A stretch of 32,000 nucleotides of DNA from assembly GCF_020541245.1 (NCBI RefSeq), contig NZ_CP045876.1:90001-122000 (forward strand), in the 5' to 3' direction. The notes under the pieces are model-generated. The model was given only the letters and a program-made list of their open reading frames with translations. It had not been told where the DNA came from and did no database searches. The stretch is from Candidatus Annandia pinicola. GTDB lineage: Bacteria > Pseudomonadota > Gammaproteobacteria > Enterobacterales > Enterobacteriaceae_A. The translations under genes were made by a program, and so were the position numbers. How positions within the stretch are numbered: position 1 is the first letter of the stretch; each line of letters begins with the position of its first letter. Shown piece by piece: positions 1 through 8,759 of the stretch.

Positions 1-571
1 AATTAATATAGAACAGTTAATTAAAAAAACATTTAAATTATATAATATTAATATTAATAAAATAAATATCATTAATAGTTTTATAATAAAAAGAATTTAT
101 TATTTATATAAAAAAAAATATAATATTGATTTTGTTAAATCAATTTTAATAAATTGTAATATGAAATTTTATAATTTAGAAGATAAAATTAGATCAATAT
201 CTTATTTTAAAAAATTTAAAATATTTTATAATTTAATTATTATTAATAAACGTATATATAATATAATAAAAAAATCTAAATTTAAATTAAATTATTTTAT
301 AAATAATAATTTATTTTTATTTAATGAAGAATTTTATTTATTAAATTTAATAAATAAAATAGAAATTCAAATTAAATTTTCTATTTATAAAAACAATAAT
401 AATCTTTTTTTATTATCTTTAATGCATTTTTATATACCTGTTAATATATTTTTTAAAAATATTAAAATTTTTAATAATAATAATAAAGTTATTATTAATA
501 GATTAAATATATTATATAAAATAAATAAATTAACATCCATAATAATTGATATATTATCTATAAAAAAATAA
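1..571 (+). CDS. glyS: glycyl-tRNA synthetase beta subunit, 3' portion (ORF is open from the window edge; codon phase starts at base 2)
   Basis: The frame of the listed ORF 161..571 has no stop back to base 2, so the ATG at 161 is internal. The C-terminal tail PVNIFFKNIKIFNNNNKVIINRLNILYKINKLTSIIIDILSI aligns without gaps to the GlyS C-terminus as I recall it (..FF..VMVM..D...R.NRL..L..L..LF...ADIS.L). Stop is TAA. Confidence 0.55.
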   Translation, partial: INIEQLIKKTFKLYNININKINIINSFIIKRIYYLYKKKYNIDFVKSILINCNMKFYNLEDKIRSISYFKKFKIFYNLIIINKRIYNIIKKSKFKLNYFINNNLFLFNEEFYLLNLINKIEIQIKFSIYKNNNNLFLLSLMHFYIPVNIFFKNIKIFNNNNKVIINRLNILYKINKLTSIIIDILSIKK

Positions 572-586
572 TAATTAATATTTTCT

Positions 587-1459
587 TTAAAATAATTTTT
601 TTGTCCAACCTAATTTAGATATTAAAATTTTAAAATAATCATAACTATTAGGATGAATAAAATTTAAAAAATTATTTCTACATTCTATTAAAATATCCTT
701 ATTTGAATTAATTGGTACTATAATTTGATTATCAAATATTATTTGTAAATTTTTATAATTTTTATTAAATTTAATTCTTATTCTATTTTTATTAGATATA
801 ATTAATGGTCTTGAAGATAAAGTATGTGGAAAAATAGATATTATTTCAATTACATTTAAAGAAGTCATAATAATAGGACCACCCATAGATAATGAATATG
901 CTGTTGAACCAGTTGGGGTAGAAATAATTAAACCATCAGATCTTTGATAAAATGCAAATTTTTCATCAATATATACTTTAAATTCTATTATTTTAATTAT
1001 ATTTTTAGAATGCAATATAATTTCATTTAAAGCTGTTCCTATTTTTTTTAAATTATTATATTTATATACTTCCAATAAAAATTTTTTTTCTATTATATAA
1101 TTACCTGATAATATTAATTTTAGTTTTTTTTTTATTTCTTTAGTATTAATATCAGCTAAAAAACCTAAATGACCTAAATTAATACCAACTATTTTAATAT
1201 CATATAAATAAAGATTTCTTGAAATACCTAAAATATTTCCATCACCCCCTACTATAATAGCTAAATCGCAATATTTTCCAATTTCTTTTATATTTTTTAT
1301 ATTTTCAGAAAATAATTTAAGTTTTTTAGCAATACGATTTTCAACAAATATTTTATAACCCTTATTTTTTAACCAAATATTTATTAAATTATATATTTTA
1401 AAAGTATTATTATTTTCTGGATTTCCTAATATTCCAATATTATAAAAATATTTTTGCAT
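587..1459 (-). CDS. nadK: NAD kinase
   Basis: 290 aa, full-length collinear match to E. coli NadK. Motifs GGDGN, RSDGLIISTPTGSTAYSLS.GGPI and C-terminal KLGW.KKLF are present. It is divergent from grpE, as in E. coli. Confidence 0.92.
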   Translation of the reverse strand: MQKYFYNIGILGNPENNNTFKIYNLINIWLKNKGYKIFVENRIAKKLKLFSENIKNIKEIGKYCDLAIIVGGDGNILGISRNLYLYDIKIVGINLGHLGFLADINTKEIKKKLKLILSGNYIIEKKFLLEVYKYNNLKKIGTALNEIILHSKNIIKIIEFKVYIDEKFAFYQRSDGLIISTPTGSTAYSLSMGGPIIMTSLNVIEIISIFPHTLSSRPLIISNKNRIRIKFNKNYKNLQIIFDNQIIVPINSNKDILIECRNNFLNFIHPNSYDYFKILISKLGWTKKLF

Positions 1460-1547
1460 TTAATCTCTATTTTTTTTTAAATATATATATTTTTTTTAAA
1501 ATTAATAATATATTTATTAATAAAATATTATAATTATTAATCATAAT

Positions 1548-1552
1548 AAGGA
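1548..1552 (+). promoter_or_regulatory. Shine-Dalgarno-like AAGGA 5 nt upstream of the grpE ATG
   Basis: aagga at 1548-1552, ATG at 1558. G-containing motifs are rare in this intergenic DNA. Confidence 0.45.
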
Positions 1553-1557
1553 TATTT

Positions 1558-2190
1558 ATGAATAACAATATTGAAGAAAAAAATAAAAAAAAAATAGAAA
1601 ACGAAAAAGATAATAAAAAAAAAGATAAAAAAAAAAAAAAAATAGAAAATGAAAATGAATGTTTAAAAAATAAAAATAATAATCAAGAAACAGAAAATAC
1701 AGAATTATTTTTAAAAAAAAAAATAAAAAAATTAAAAAAAAAAATAATATTACTAACTTCTACTTCTAATGATATTAATTTAAGAGCTAAAGCAGAAGTA
1801 GAAAATATGAGACGTAGAAATCAAAAAGAAATAGAAAAAATACATAAATTTGCTTTAGAAGATTTTATGTATGAATTATTACCTACTATAGACAACTTAG
1901 AAAAATCTGTAGAAATAGCAAAAAATAATAAAATAAATGATGCAATTATTGAAGGAATAAAACTTACTTTAAAATCTTTTTTAGATACTATTTCAAAATT
2001 TGGTGTTGATATCATAGGTAATGTAAATGATAATTTTGATCCTAAGTTACATCAAGCTATATCAATTCAAGAATCAAATGAAATTAAAAATGATAAAATT
2101 ATTAAAGTAATGCAAAAAGGATATTCTATTAATAAAAGATTATTAAGACCAGCTATGGTTATTGTATCTAAATTTATTGATAAAAAATAA
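1558..2190 (+). CDS. grpE: nucleotide exchange factor GrpE with a Lys/Asn-rich N-terminal extension
   Basis: 210 aa. The RAKAEVENMRRR...FA.E.F..ELLP..DNLE and PAMV.VS regions are typical of GrpE. Confidence 0.9.
   Translation: MNNNIEEKNKKKIENEKDNKKKDKKKKKIENENECLKNKNNNQETENTELFLKKKIKKLKKKIILLTSTSNDINLRAKAEVENMRRRNQKEIEKIHKFALEDFMYELLPTIDNLEKSVEIAKNNKINDAIIEGIKLTLKSFLDTISKFGVDIIGNVNDNFDPKLHQAISIQESNEIKNDKIIKVMQKGYSINKRLLRPAMVIVSKFIDKK
1627..1642 (+). repeat. A16 homopolymer inside grpE, in-frame (encodes KKKKK)
   Basis: Direct count of the run: gat aaa aaa aaa aaa aaa ata. Confidence 0.95.
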
Positions 2191-2196
2191 AAAAAA

Positions 2197-2847
2197 TTAC
2201 CATTTAATAGGTTTAATATTATTATTAACTAAAAAAATATTTGATTTAACAAAATGTTTACATCCAAAAAATCCATAATTAGCTGATAATGGTGAAGGAT
2301 GTGAAGAAATTAATATTAAATGTTTTTTTGAGTTTATTAAATTTATTTTTTTCTTTGCATGCTCCCCCCATAAAAAAAAAACTACATTTTTTTTATATAT
2401 ATTTATTAATTTTATAACTTTATCAGTAAATATTTCCCAACCTATATTTTTATGAGAAAATTTTTTGTTTTTTTCTACAGTTAAAATAGTATTTAATAAT
2501 AATACACCTTGTTTAGCCCAATTAATTAAACAACCATTTTTAGGAATATTAAATTCTTTAAAATTTGATTTAATTTCTATATATATATTTTTTAATGAAG
2601 GAGTAATATTAATATTATTAGATAAAGAAAAAGCTAATCCATCTGCTTGGTTATATTTTATATATGGATCTTGCCCTAAAATTACTATTTTAATTTTATT
2701 AAAATTAGTAAATTTAAAAGCATTAAATATATTTTTTTGTAAAGGATAAATAATTTTTCCATTATAACGTTCTTTATATATAAAATTTATTATTTTATTA
2801 AAATATTTTTTTTTTTTTTCTTTTTTAAAAATTTTTTGTCATTGCAT
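2197..2847 (-). CDS. ung: uracil-DNA glycosylase (family 1), interrupted by an in-frame TGA at codon 3 (2839-2841). Absent from the ORF track because no ATG/GTG/TTG follows that TGA
   Basis: Manual minus-strand translation gives M Q [TGA] QKIFKKEKKKKYFNKIINFIYKERYNGKIIYPLQKNIFNAFKFTNFNKIKIVILGQDPY...LAFS...NWAKQGVLLLNTILTV...GWE.FTD...VVFFLWGEHA...HLILISSHPSPLSANYGFFGCKHF...IKW then TAA. It is collinear with E. coli Ung, including the GQDPY and HPSPLS motifs. The listed + ORF 2465..2749 is its antisense shadow. Confidence 0.85.
2806..2819 (-). repeat. A14 (T14 on + strand) inside ung, in-frame (E KKKK)
   Basis: Direct count: g + 14 A on the coding strand, read as gaa aaa aaa aaa aaa. Confidence 0.9.
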
Positions 2848-2961
2848 TTTTTTAATAATCCTAGTTTATATTAATATATAATTATTAAATTTTAAATTAA
2901 TTTAATAATTATTTATTATATATCTATATATATATAATAAAAATATTTTTTTTATAATTAT

Positions 2962-4752
2962 ATGAAAAATACTAGAAATTTTTCCATTATTGCACATATT
3001 GATCATGGAAAATCCACATTATCAGATAGATTTATTCAAATTTGTAATGGATTAACTAATAGAAATACTCCAATTACACAAATGTTAGATTCTATGGATT
3101 TAGAAAGAGAAAGAGGTATAACAATAAAAGCAAGAAATGTTACTTTAAATTATTTATCGAAATCTAAAATTATTTATAAATTAAATTTAATAGATACACC
3201 TGGACATGTTGATTTTTCATATGAAGTATCTCGTTCATTGTCTGCTTGTGAAGGAGCTATATTATTAATAGATGCTGGTCAAGGAATAGAAGCTCAAACT
3301 CTAGCAAATTATTATACTGCTATTGATATGAATTTAACTATTATACCTGTATTAAATAAAATTGATTTACCTTTAATTGAAACAGAAAAAATATTAGAAA
3401 ATATAAAAAATATATTAAACATAAAAAAAAAAAATATTATAAAATGTTCTGCTAAAACTGGATATGGAGTAGATATTTTATTAGAAAATATTATAAAAAA
3501 AATACCTTCACCAAAAGGAAAAACAAATAATAATTTAGCAGCATTGGTTATTGATTCGTGGTTTGATCAATATAAAGGAGTTGTTTCATTAATATGTATT
3601 AAAAATGGTAATATTAATAAAGGTGATAAAATTAAATTTATGAGTAATTGTAGTATATATCATGTAGAAAGTTTAGGTATATTTACACCAAAAATAATAA
3701 ATAAAAATAAACTAAAATGTGGTGATATTGGTTGGATAATATGTGGTATTAAAATCATTGGTGATGCTCCTGTAGGAGATACTATTACTAAATTTGATAA
3801 ACCTATAAATAAATCATTACCAGGTTTTAAAAAAACAAAACCACAAGTATATGCAGGTTTATTTCCTGTAGATAATAAAAATTATATAAATTTTAAACAA
3901 GCATTAAAAAAATTAAGTTTAAATGATTCATCTTTTTTATATGAAAAAGAATACTCTTCTGTATTAGGTTTTGGTTTTAGATGTGGTTTTTTAGGTTTAT
4001 TACATATGGATATTATAAAAGAAAGATTGGAAAGAGAATATAATTTAGATATTATTATGACTACTCCTAATGTTATATACAAAGTAAAAACAAAAAATAA
4101 AATAATTAAAATTGATAGTTCACATAAATTATTATCTATAAAAAATATAGATTCTATATTTGAACCTATAGTTGAATGTCATATATTTTCACCCTTAATT
4201 TATTTAGGTCCTATAATAAATTTATGTATAAAAAAAAGAGGAATACAAAATAATATTTTATATCATGGTGAAAAAATAGAAATAATTTATGAAATACCTA
4301 TGATGGAAGTAATTTTAAATTTCTTTGATAAATTAAAATCTATTTCAAAAGGTTATGCATCTTTAGATTATAAATTTAAATATTTTAAAAAATCTGATTT
4401 AGTATGTTTAGAAATATTAATAAATTATAAAAAAATAGATGCTTTATCAGTTATAATTCATAAAAAATTTTCAAGAAATTATGGAAATATTTTAGTAAAA
4501 AAATTAAAAAATATTATTCATAGACAACAATTTGATATTATTATTCAAGCATCAATTAATAATAAAATAATTGCACGTAATAATATAAAAAAATTAAGAA
4601 AAAATGTTATTTCCAAATGTTATGGTGGAGACATAAGTCGTAAAAAAAAACTATTAGAAAAACAAAAAATAGGAAAAAAAAAAATGAAGTTAATAGGAAA
4701 TGTATTTTTACCTAAAAAAATATTTTTAACATTACTAAATATAAAAAAATAA
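2962..4752 (+). CDS. lepA: elongation factor 4 (LepA)
   Basis: 596 aa. N-terminal [28 protein letters not shown] and NKIDL GTPase motifs. Full-length collinearity with E. coli LepA (599 aa). Confidence 0.95.
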   Translation: MKNTRNFSIIAHIDHGKSTLSDRFIQICNGLTNRNTPITQMLDSMDLERERGITIKARNVTLNYLSKSKIIYKLNLIDTPGHVDFSYEVSRSLSACEGAILLIDAGQGIEAQTLANYYTAIDMNLTIIPVLNKIDLPLIETEKILENIKNILNIKKKNIIKCSAKTGYGVDILLENIIKKIPSPKGKTNNNLAALVIDSWFDQYKGVVSLICIKNGNINKGDKIKFMSNCSIYHVESLGIFTPKIINKNKLKCGDIGWIICGIKIIGDAPVGDTITKFDKPINKSLPGFKKTKPQVYAGLFPVDNKNYINFKQALKKLSLNDSSFLYEKEYSSVLGFGFRCGFLGLLHMDIIKERLEREYNLDIIMTTPNVIYKVKTKNKIIKIDSSHKLLSIKNIDSIFEPIVECHIFSPLIYLGPIINLCIKKRGIQNNILYHGEKIEIIYEIPMMEVILNFFDKLKSISKGYASLDYKFKYFKKSDLVCLEILINYKKIDALSVIIHKKFSRNYGNILVKKLKNIIHRQQFDIIIQASINNKIIARNNIKKLRKNVISKCYGGDISRKKKLLEKQKIGKKKMKLIGNVFLPKKIFLTLLNIKK

Positions 4753-4960
4753 AAAATTTTATTTTTTTTATAATTATTATATTATCTAAAATTATATTAA
4801 TTTATTAAATTAATATAAATTAATTTATTATAAACACAACGTTAAATTATTAAAAAAAATAGTTATAAATTTTTTTATATTATTTTACTTTAAAAAATGT
4901 AATATAAGAATAACATTTTTATTAAAAATATTTTATTTTTTTATTTATACTATAAGATCT

Positions 4961-5626
4961 TTGGAGATAAGATTGCAAAATATAATAGGTTATAGTTTTA
5001 ATAATAGAAGTTTTTTAAAATTATCATTAATACATAAAAGTTACAGTAATATAAATAATGAAAAACTTGAATTTTTGGGAGATTCTATTTTAGGATTATC
5101 AATATCTAATGCATTATTTAGTTTATTCCCTTTTACTAACGAAGGAAACTTAAGCAGGATGAAATCAGTTTTAATACAAAAAAGTACTTTATCTAGTATT
5201 GCTAGAAACATTGGTTTACAAAAATTTTTATATTTAGGAAGAAATGAAGTTTTTTTTTTTGGTAGACGTGAATCTTTTTTATCTAATTCAATAGAAGCAT
5301 TAATTGGTAGTATTTATTTAGATAGCGATATTGAATCAGTAGAAAGAATAATATTATTATGGTACAAAAATTATCTTTATAATATTAAACCTTCAGAAAA
5401 AAATAAAGACTCTAAAAGTCGTTTACAAGAATATCTTCAAAAACATTATTTAAAACCACCAAAATATATATCTTATTTTATTCCTGATAAATATGAATTT
5501 TATATTGAATGTAAATTCGGTAAGGGTAAAAGTATGATAACTACTGGAATAAGTTATAATAAGAAAAATGCTGAACAAATTTCTGCTTATGGGGCTTTAA
5601 AGATAATAAAAGCTTTAAAAAAATAA
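4961..5626 (+). CDS. rnc: ribonuclease III (TTG start)
   Basis: 221 aa. Signature E(K/R)LEFLGDS, EALIGSIYLD, and a C-terminal dsRBD with K..AEQ.A. The stop overlaps the era start (TAATG). Confidence 0.92.
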   Translation: MEIRLQNIIGYSFNNRSFLKLSLIHKSYSNINNEKLEFLGDSILGLSISNALFSLFPFTNEGNLSRMKSVLIQKSTLSSIARNIGLQKFLYLGRNEVFFFGRRESFLSNSIEALIGSIYLDSDIESVERIILLWYKNYLYNIKPSEKNKDSKSRLQEYLQKHYLKPPKYISYFIPDKYEFYIECKFGKGKSMITTGISYNKKNAEQISAYGALKIIKALKK

Positions 5627-6489
5627 TGTTAAAAAAAACTTATTTTGGTTTTATAGCTATTTTAGGAAAAACTAATTCAGGAAAATCAACGTTATTTAAT
5701 AAAATATTATCAAAAAAAATATCTATTATTTCACATAAAATAAATACTACTCAGAAAAATATTTTAGGAGTAATTACTGATAATAATTATCAAACTGTTT
5801 ATATTGATACACCAGGATTATATTTTTTTAATAAAAAAAAAAATAAATACAAAATAAATTATCAAAATGAAATATCATTATATAATATAAATATTATATT
5901 ATTTGTATTAGACGGTATAAAATGGAATTTATTTGATGAAATTATTTTAAATAAAATTAAATTATTTAATATTCCTGTAATTTTTTTAATAAATAAAATA
6001 GATAAAATTAATAAAAAATCATTAATTTTTAATTATATAAAATATTTAAAAAAAAAGATAAATTTTTTATCTATTATTCCAATATCATCTAAAAATGGAA
6101 CTAATATAAATTATTTATATAAAATTATATTAAAAAACTTATTAAAATCATCACATTATTTTCCATCATATTATTTTACAAGTGAATCACCAAGATCTAT
6201 TATTAATGAAACTATTCGTGAAAATGTTATTAAAAATTTAAATAAAGAAATTCCTTATAATATTAAAATTGAAATAAATAATTTTGATTATAATAAAAAT
6301 ATAAATATGTATTTTATAGAATCTATTATAATTGTAAAAAACGTAAATCAAAAAAAAATTTTAATAGGTAAAAATGGTTCTAAAATTAAAAAAATAAGTA
6401 TGAATTCAAGAAACATTATTGAAAAAATATTTAATAAAAAAATATTTTTAAAAATTTTAATTAAAATAAATTTAATAAATAAAAAATAA
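5626..6489 (+). CDS. era: GTPase Era
   Basis: 287 aa. P-loop GKTNSGKST, DTPG, NKID, and a C-terminal KH region (KKILIGKNGSKIK). The rnc-era adjacency is as in E. coli. Confidence 0.92.
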   Translation: MLKKTYFGFIAILGKTNSGKSTLFNKILSKKISIISHKINTTQKNILGVITDNNYQTVYIDTPGLYFFNKKKNKYKINYQNEISLYNINIILFVLDGIKWNLFDEIILNKIKLFNIPVIFLINKIDKINKKSLIFNYIKYLKKKINFLSIIPISSKNGTNINYLYKIILKNLLKSSHYFPSYYFTSESPRSIINETIRENVIKNLNKEIPYNIKIEINNFDYNKNINMYFIESIIIVKNVNQKKILIGKNGSKIKKISMNSRNIIEKIFNKKIFLKILIKINLINKK

Positions 6490-6525
6490 TTTTTTTATAA
6501 ATTATTTTTTTAATAAACTAAAAAA

Positions 6526-6909
6526 ATGACTATTTTAGGATTAGGTATTGATATAGTATGGATGTTACGCATAAAAAATATATGTATTAAAAAAAGAAAT
6601 AAATTAGCTAAAAAAATATTAAATAAAAATGAATTTTATAATTACATAAATAATTATAATAAATCATATCGTTTTTTATCTAAAGTTTTTTCTATAAAAG
6701 AAGCTGCTTCTAAATCATTAGGTATTGGTATGAGGAATGGATTAAATTTTCATAATTTTGAAGTATATAATAATAAAATTGGAAAACCAAAAATAAAATT
6801 TTTAAAATATGCATACTATTTAAAAAAAAAAAAAAAAATAAATAATATTCATACTACTTTAACATATGAAAATGATTATGTATGTTCTGTAGTAATATTA
6901 GAATCCTAA
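6526..6909 (+). CDS. acpS: holo-[acyl-carrier-protein] synthase
   Basis: 127 aa. M.ILGLG.DIV, F..KEAA.K..G.G.RNGL.F..FEV.N...GKP and the C-terminal ..VVILES match E. coli AcpS end to end. Confidence 0.9.
   Translation: MTILGLGIDIVWMLRIKNICIKKRNKLAKKILNKNEFYNYINNYNKSYRFLSKVFSIKEAASKSLGIGMRNGLNFHNFEVYNNKIGKPKIKFLKYAYYLKKKKKINNIHTTLTYENDYVCSVVILES
6822..6838 (+). repeat. A17 homopolymer inside acpS, in-frame (L KKKKK I)
   Basis: Direct count: tta aaa aaa aaa aaa aaa ata. Confidence 0.95.
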
Positions 6910-6935
6910 AACTATAAAATTAAGATATCTATGAT

Positions 6936-7382
6936 ATGATTAAAAAAAAACATAATTATTGGATGAAATATGCAATTTTATTAGCAAAAAGGGCTTTAAA
7001 AAAAAACGAAGTTCCTATAGGTGCAATATTAATACAAAACAATATTATAATTGGTAAGGGTTATAATTGTACAATATCATCTAAAGATCCTACATCTCAT
7101 GCTGAAATTATTGCTATTAGAAAAGGTAGTAAATATTTAAATAATTATAGATTACAAAATTCTATTTTATATTGAACTTTAGAACCATGTATTATGTGTA
7201 CTGGAGTAATATTAAATAGTAGAATTAATAAAGTTGTTTTTGGAGCTAAAAATAAAAATTATATGAATTTTACAAATTTACTAAACAAATTAAAAATAAA
7301 AAATTCTATTAATATAGTAGATGATATATTATCTAAAGAATGTTCTAAATTAATAAATGATTTTTTTTTATCAAAAAGATAA
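6936..7382 (+). CDS. tadA: tRNA-specific adenosine deaminase TadA, with an in-frame TGA at 7173-7175 between the HAE and PCxxC zinc-ligand motifs
   Basis: ORFs 6936..7175 and 7194..7382 are in the same frame (258 nt apart). Joined they read ..DPTSHAEIIAIRKG...YRLQNSILY[TGA]TLEPCIMCTGVILNSRINKVVFGAK...SKECSKLINDFF. This is collinear with E. coli TadA (HAE ... LYVTLEPCVMCAGA ... VVFGA ... LLSDFF). Confidence 0.85.
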
Positions 7383-7426
7383 AATATTTATAATATAATA
7401 ATTATAATACAATTTATAAGGTACTT

Positions 7427-8711
7427 ATGATAAATTATAATAATATATTTAAATATGATAAAAAAATATGGAAAATATTAAAAAATGAAATTAAAAGACA
7501 AGAAGAAAATATAGAATTAATAGCTTCTGAAAATTATATTACAAAATATGTTATGGAAATACAAGGTTCACAGTTAACTAATAAATATGCAGAAGGCTAT
7601 CCCAGGAAAAAGATATTATGCAGGATGTAAATATATAGATAAAATAGAAGAATTAGCAATATATCGTGCAAAAAAAATATTTAAAGCTGATTATGTTAAT
7701 GTACAACCACATTCAGGATCTCAAGCAAATTTTGCTGTATATAATGCTTTATTAAATCCAGGTGATACCATTTTAAGTATTAAACTAGATCATGGTGGTC
7801 ATTTAACTCATGGATCATTAGTAAATTTTTCAGGAAAATTATATAATTTTATTCATTATGAATTAAATAATAATAATAGTATTGATTATATAAATATTCT
7901 AAAATTATCTTTAAAATATAAACCTAAAATGATAATAAGTGGTTTTTCTTCATATTCAGGATTATGTAATTGGAAAAAAATGCGTATTATTGCTGATTAT
8001 ATTAATGCTTATTTATTTGTAGACATATCTCATATTGCAGGTTTAATAGTATCAGGATTGTACCCCAATCCTATAAATTATGCACATGTTATAACTTCTA
8101 CTACTCATAAAACTTTATCAGGTCCAAGAGGTGGTATAATATTATCTAAAGGAAATAAATTATCATTTTATAAAAAATTGAATAAGTCTGTTTTTCCAGG
8201 AACTCAAGGTGGACCATTAATGCATATAATAGCTTCAAAAGCTATGTCTTTTAAAGAAGCTATGAGTTTAAAATTTATTGAATATCAAATACAAACTATA
8301 ATAAATTCTAAATTAATGTCAAAAATATTTATATCTTTAGGATATAAAATAATATCTAATGTAACTGAAAATCATTTATTTTTATTAGATTTAAGAAAAA
8401 ATAATATTACAGGTAATAAAATAGAAATAAAACTAGAATATGCAAACATTATTGTAAATAAAAATATTATCCCTAATGAAAAAAAAAAACATCATATAAC
8501 TTCTGGAATTAGAATCGGAACACCTGCTATTACTAAAAGAGGGTTTAAAGAAAAAGAAATTAGTATATTAACATTATGGATTCATGATATAATACAAAAT
8601 ATTAATAATTTTGATAAAATTATTAATATTAAAAAAAAAGTAATTAATATTTGTAAAAAATTTCCAGTATATAATTATAATAAAAAAAAACAAAATTTAA
8701 TAATTAAATAA
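7427..8711 (+). CDS. glyA: serine hydroxymethyltransferase, carrying a 1-nt insertion (+1 frame change) at about 7601-7604
   Basis: ORF 7427..7630 ends ..[13 protein letters not shown] then goes out of frame. ORF 7587..8711 reads ..[46 protein letters not shown]... Joined at tat c|cca gga they reproduce the E. coli sequence [16 protein letters not shown]. Total length is 1285 nt, which is 3n+1. Confidence 0.9.
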
Positions 8712-8759
8712 TTTTTATAAAATAATTTTATATTATAAAATTAAATTAGGAATTAAATA

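Noticed and set aside
161-571. A 136-aa ORF that looks like an orphan or hypothetical low-complexity protein.
   Set aside because: The frame is open all the way to the window start, and the tail matches the GlyS C-terminus. It is the 3' end of a larger conserved gene, not a novel small protein.
1460-1557. A sigma-32 heat-shock promoter upstream of grpE, and generic -35/-10 promoters in the intergenic spacers.
   Set aside because: I found no CTTGAA / CCCCAT-like elements upstream of grpE. TATAAT-like hexamers occur almost everywhere in this DNA, so promoter calls from sequence alone would be meaningless.
4792-4818. A 12-bp perfect all-A/T inverted repeat (ttatattaattt-att-aaattaatataa) downstream of lepA, as a possible terminator or sRNA.
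   Set aside because: A purely A/T stem of this length is expected several times by chance in 32 kb of this composition and would be thermodynamically weak. No supporting G:C pairs or conservation can be assessed.
7173-7175. Selenocysteine (UGA + SECIS) as the explanation for the in-frame TGAs in tadA and ung.
   Set aside because: Neither protein family is a selenoprotein, and the aligned residues are Val and Trp rather than Cys. The downstream sequence is plain AT-rich coding DNA with no convincing stem-loop. A selenocysteine system in so reduced a genome would be unexpected.
7194-7382. ORF 7194..7382 and ORF 7587..8711 as independent genes with their own ATG starts.
   Set aside because: The 7194 ATG is the Met inside the PCIMC zinc motif of tadA. 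The 7587 ATG is an out-of-frame artefact inside the conserved [13 protein letters not shown] block of glyA. Both are fragments of interrupted genes.
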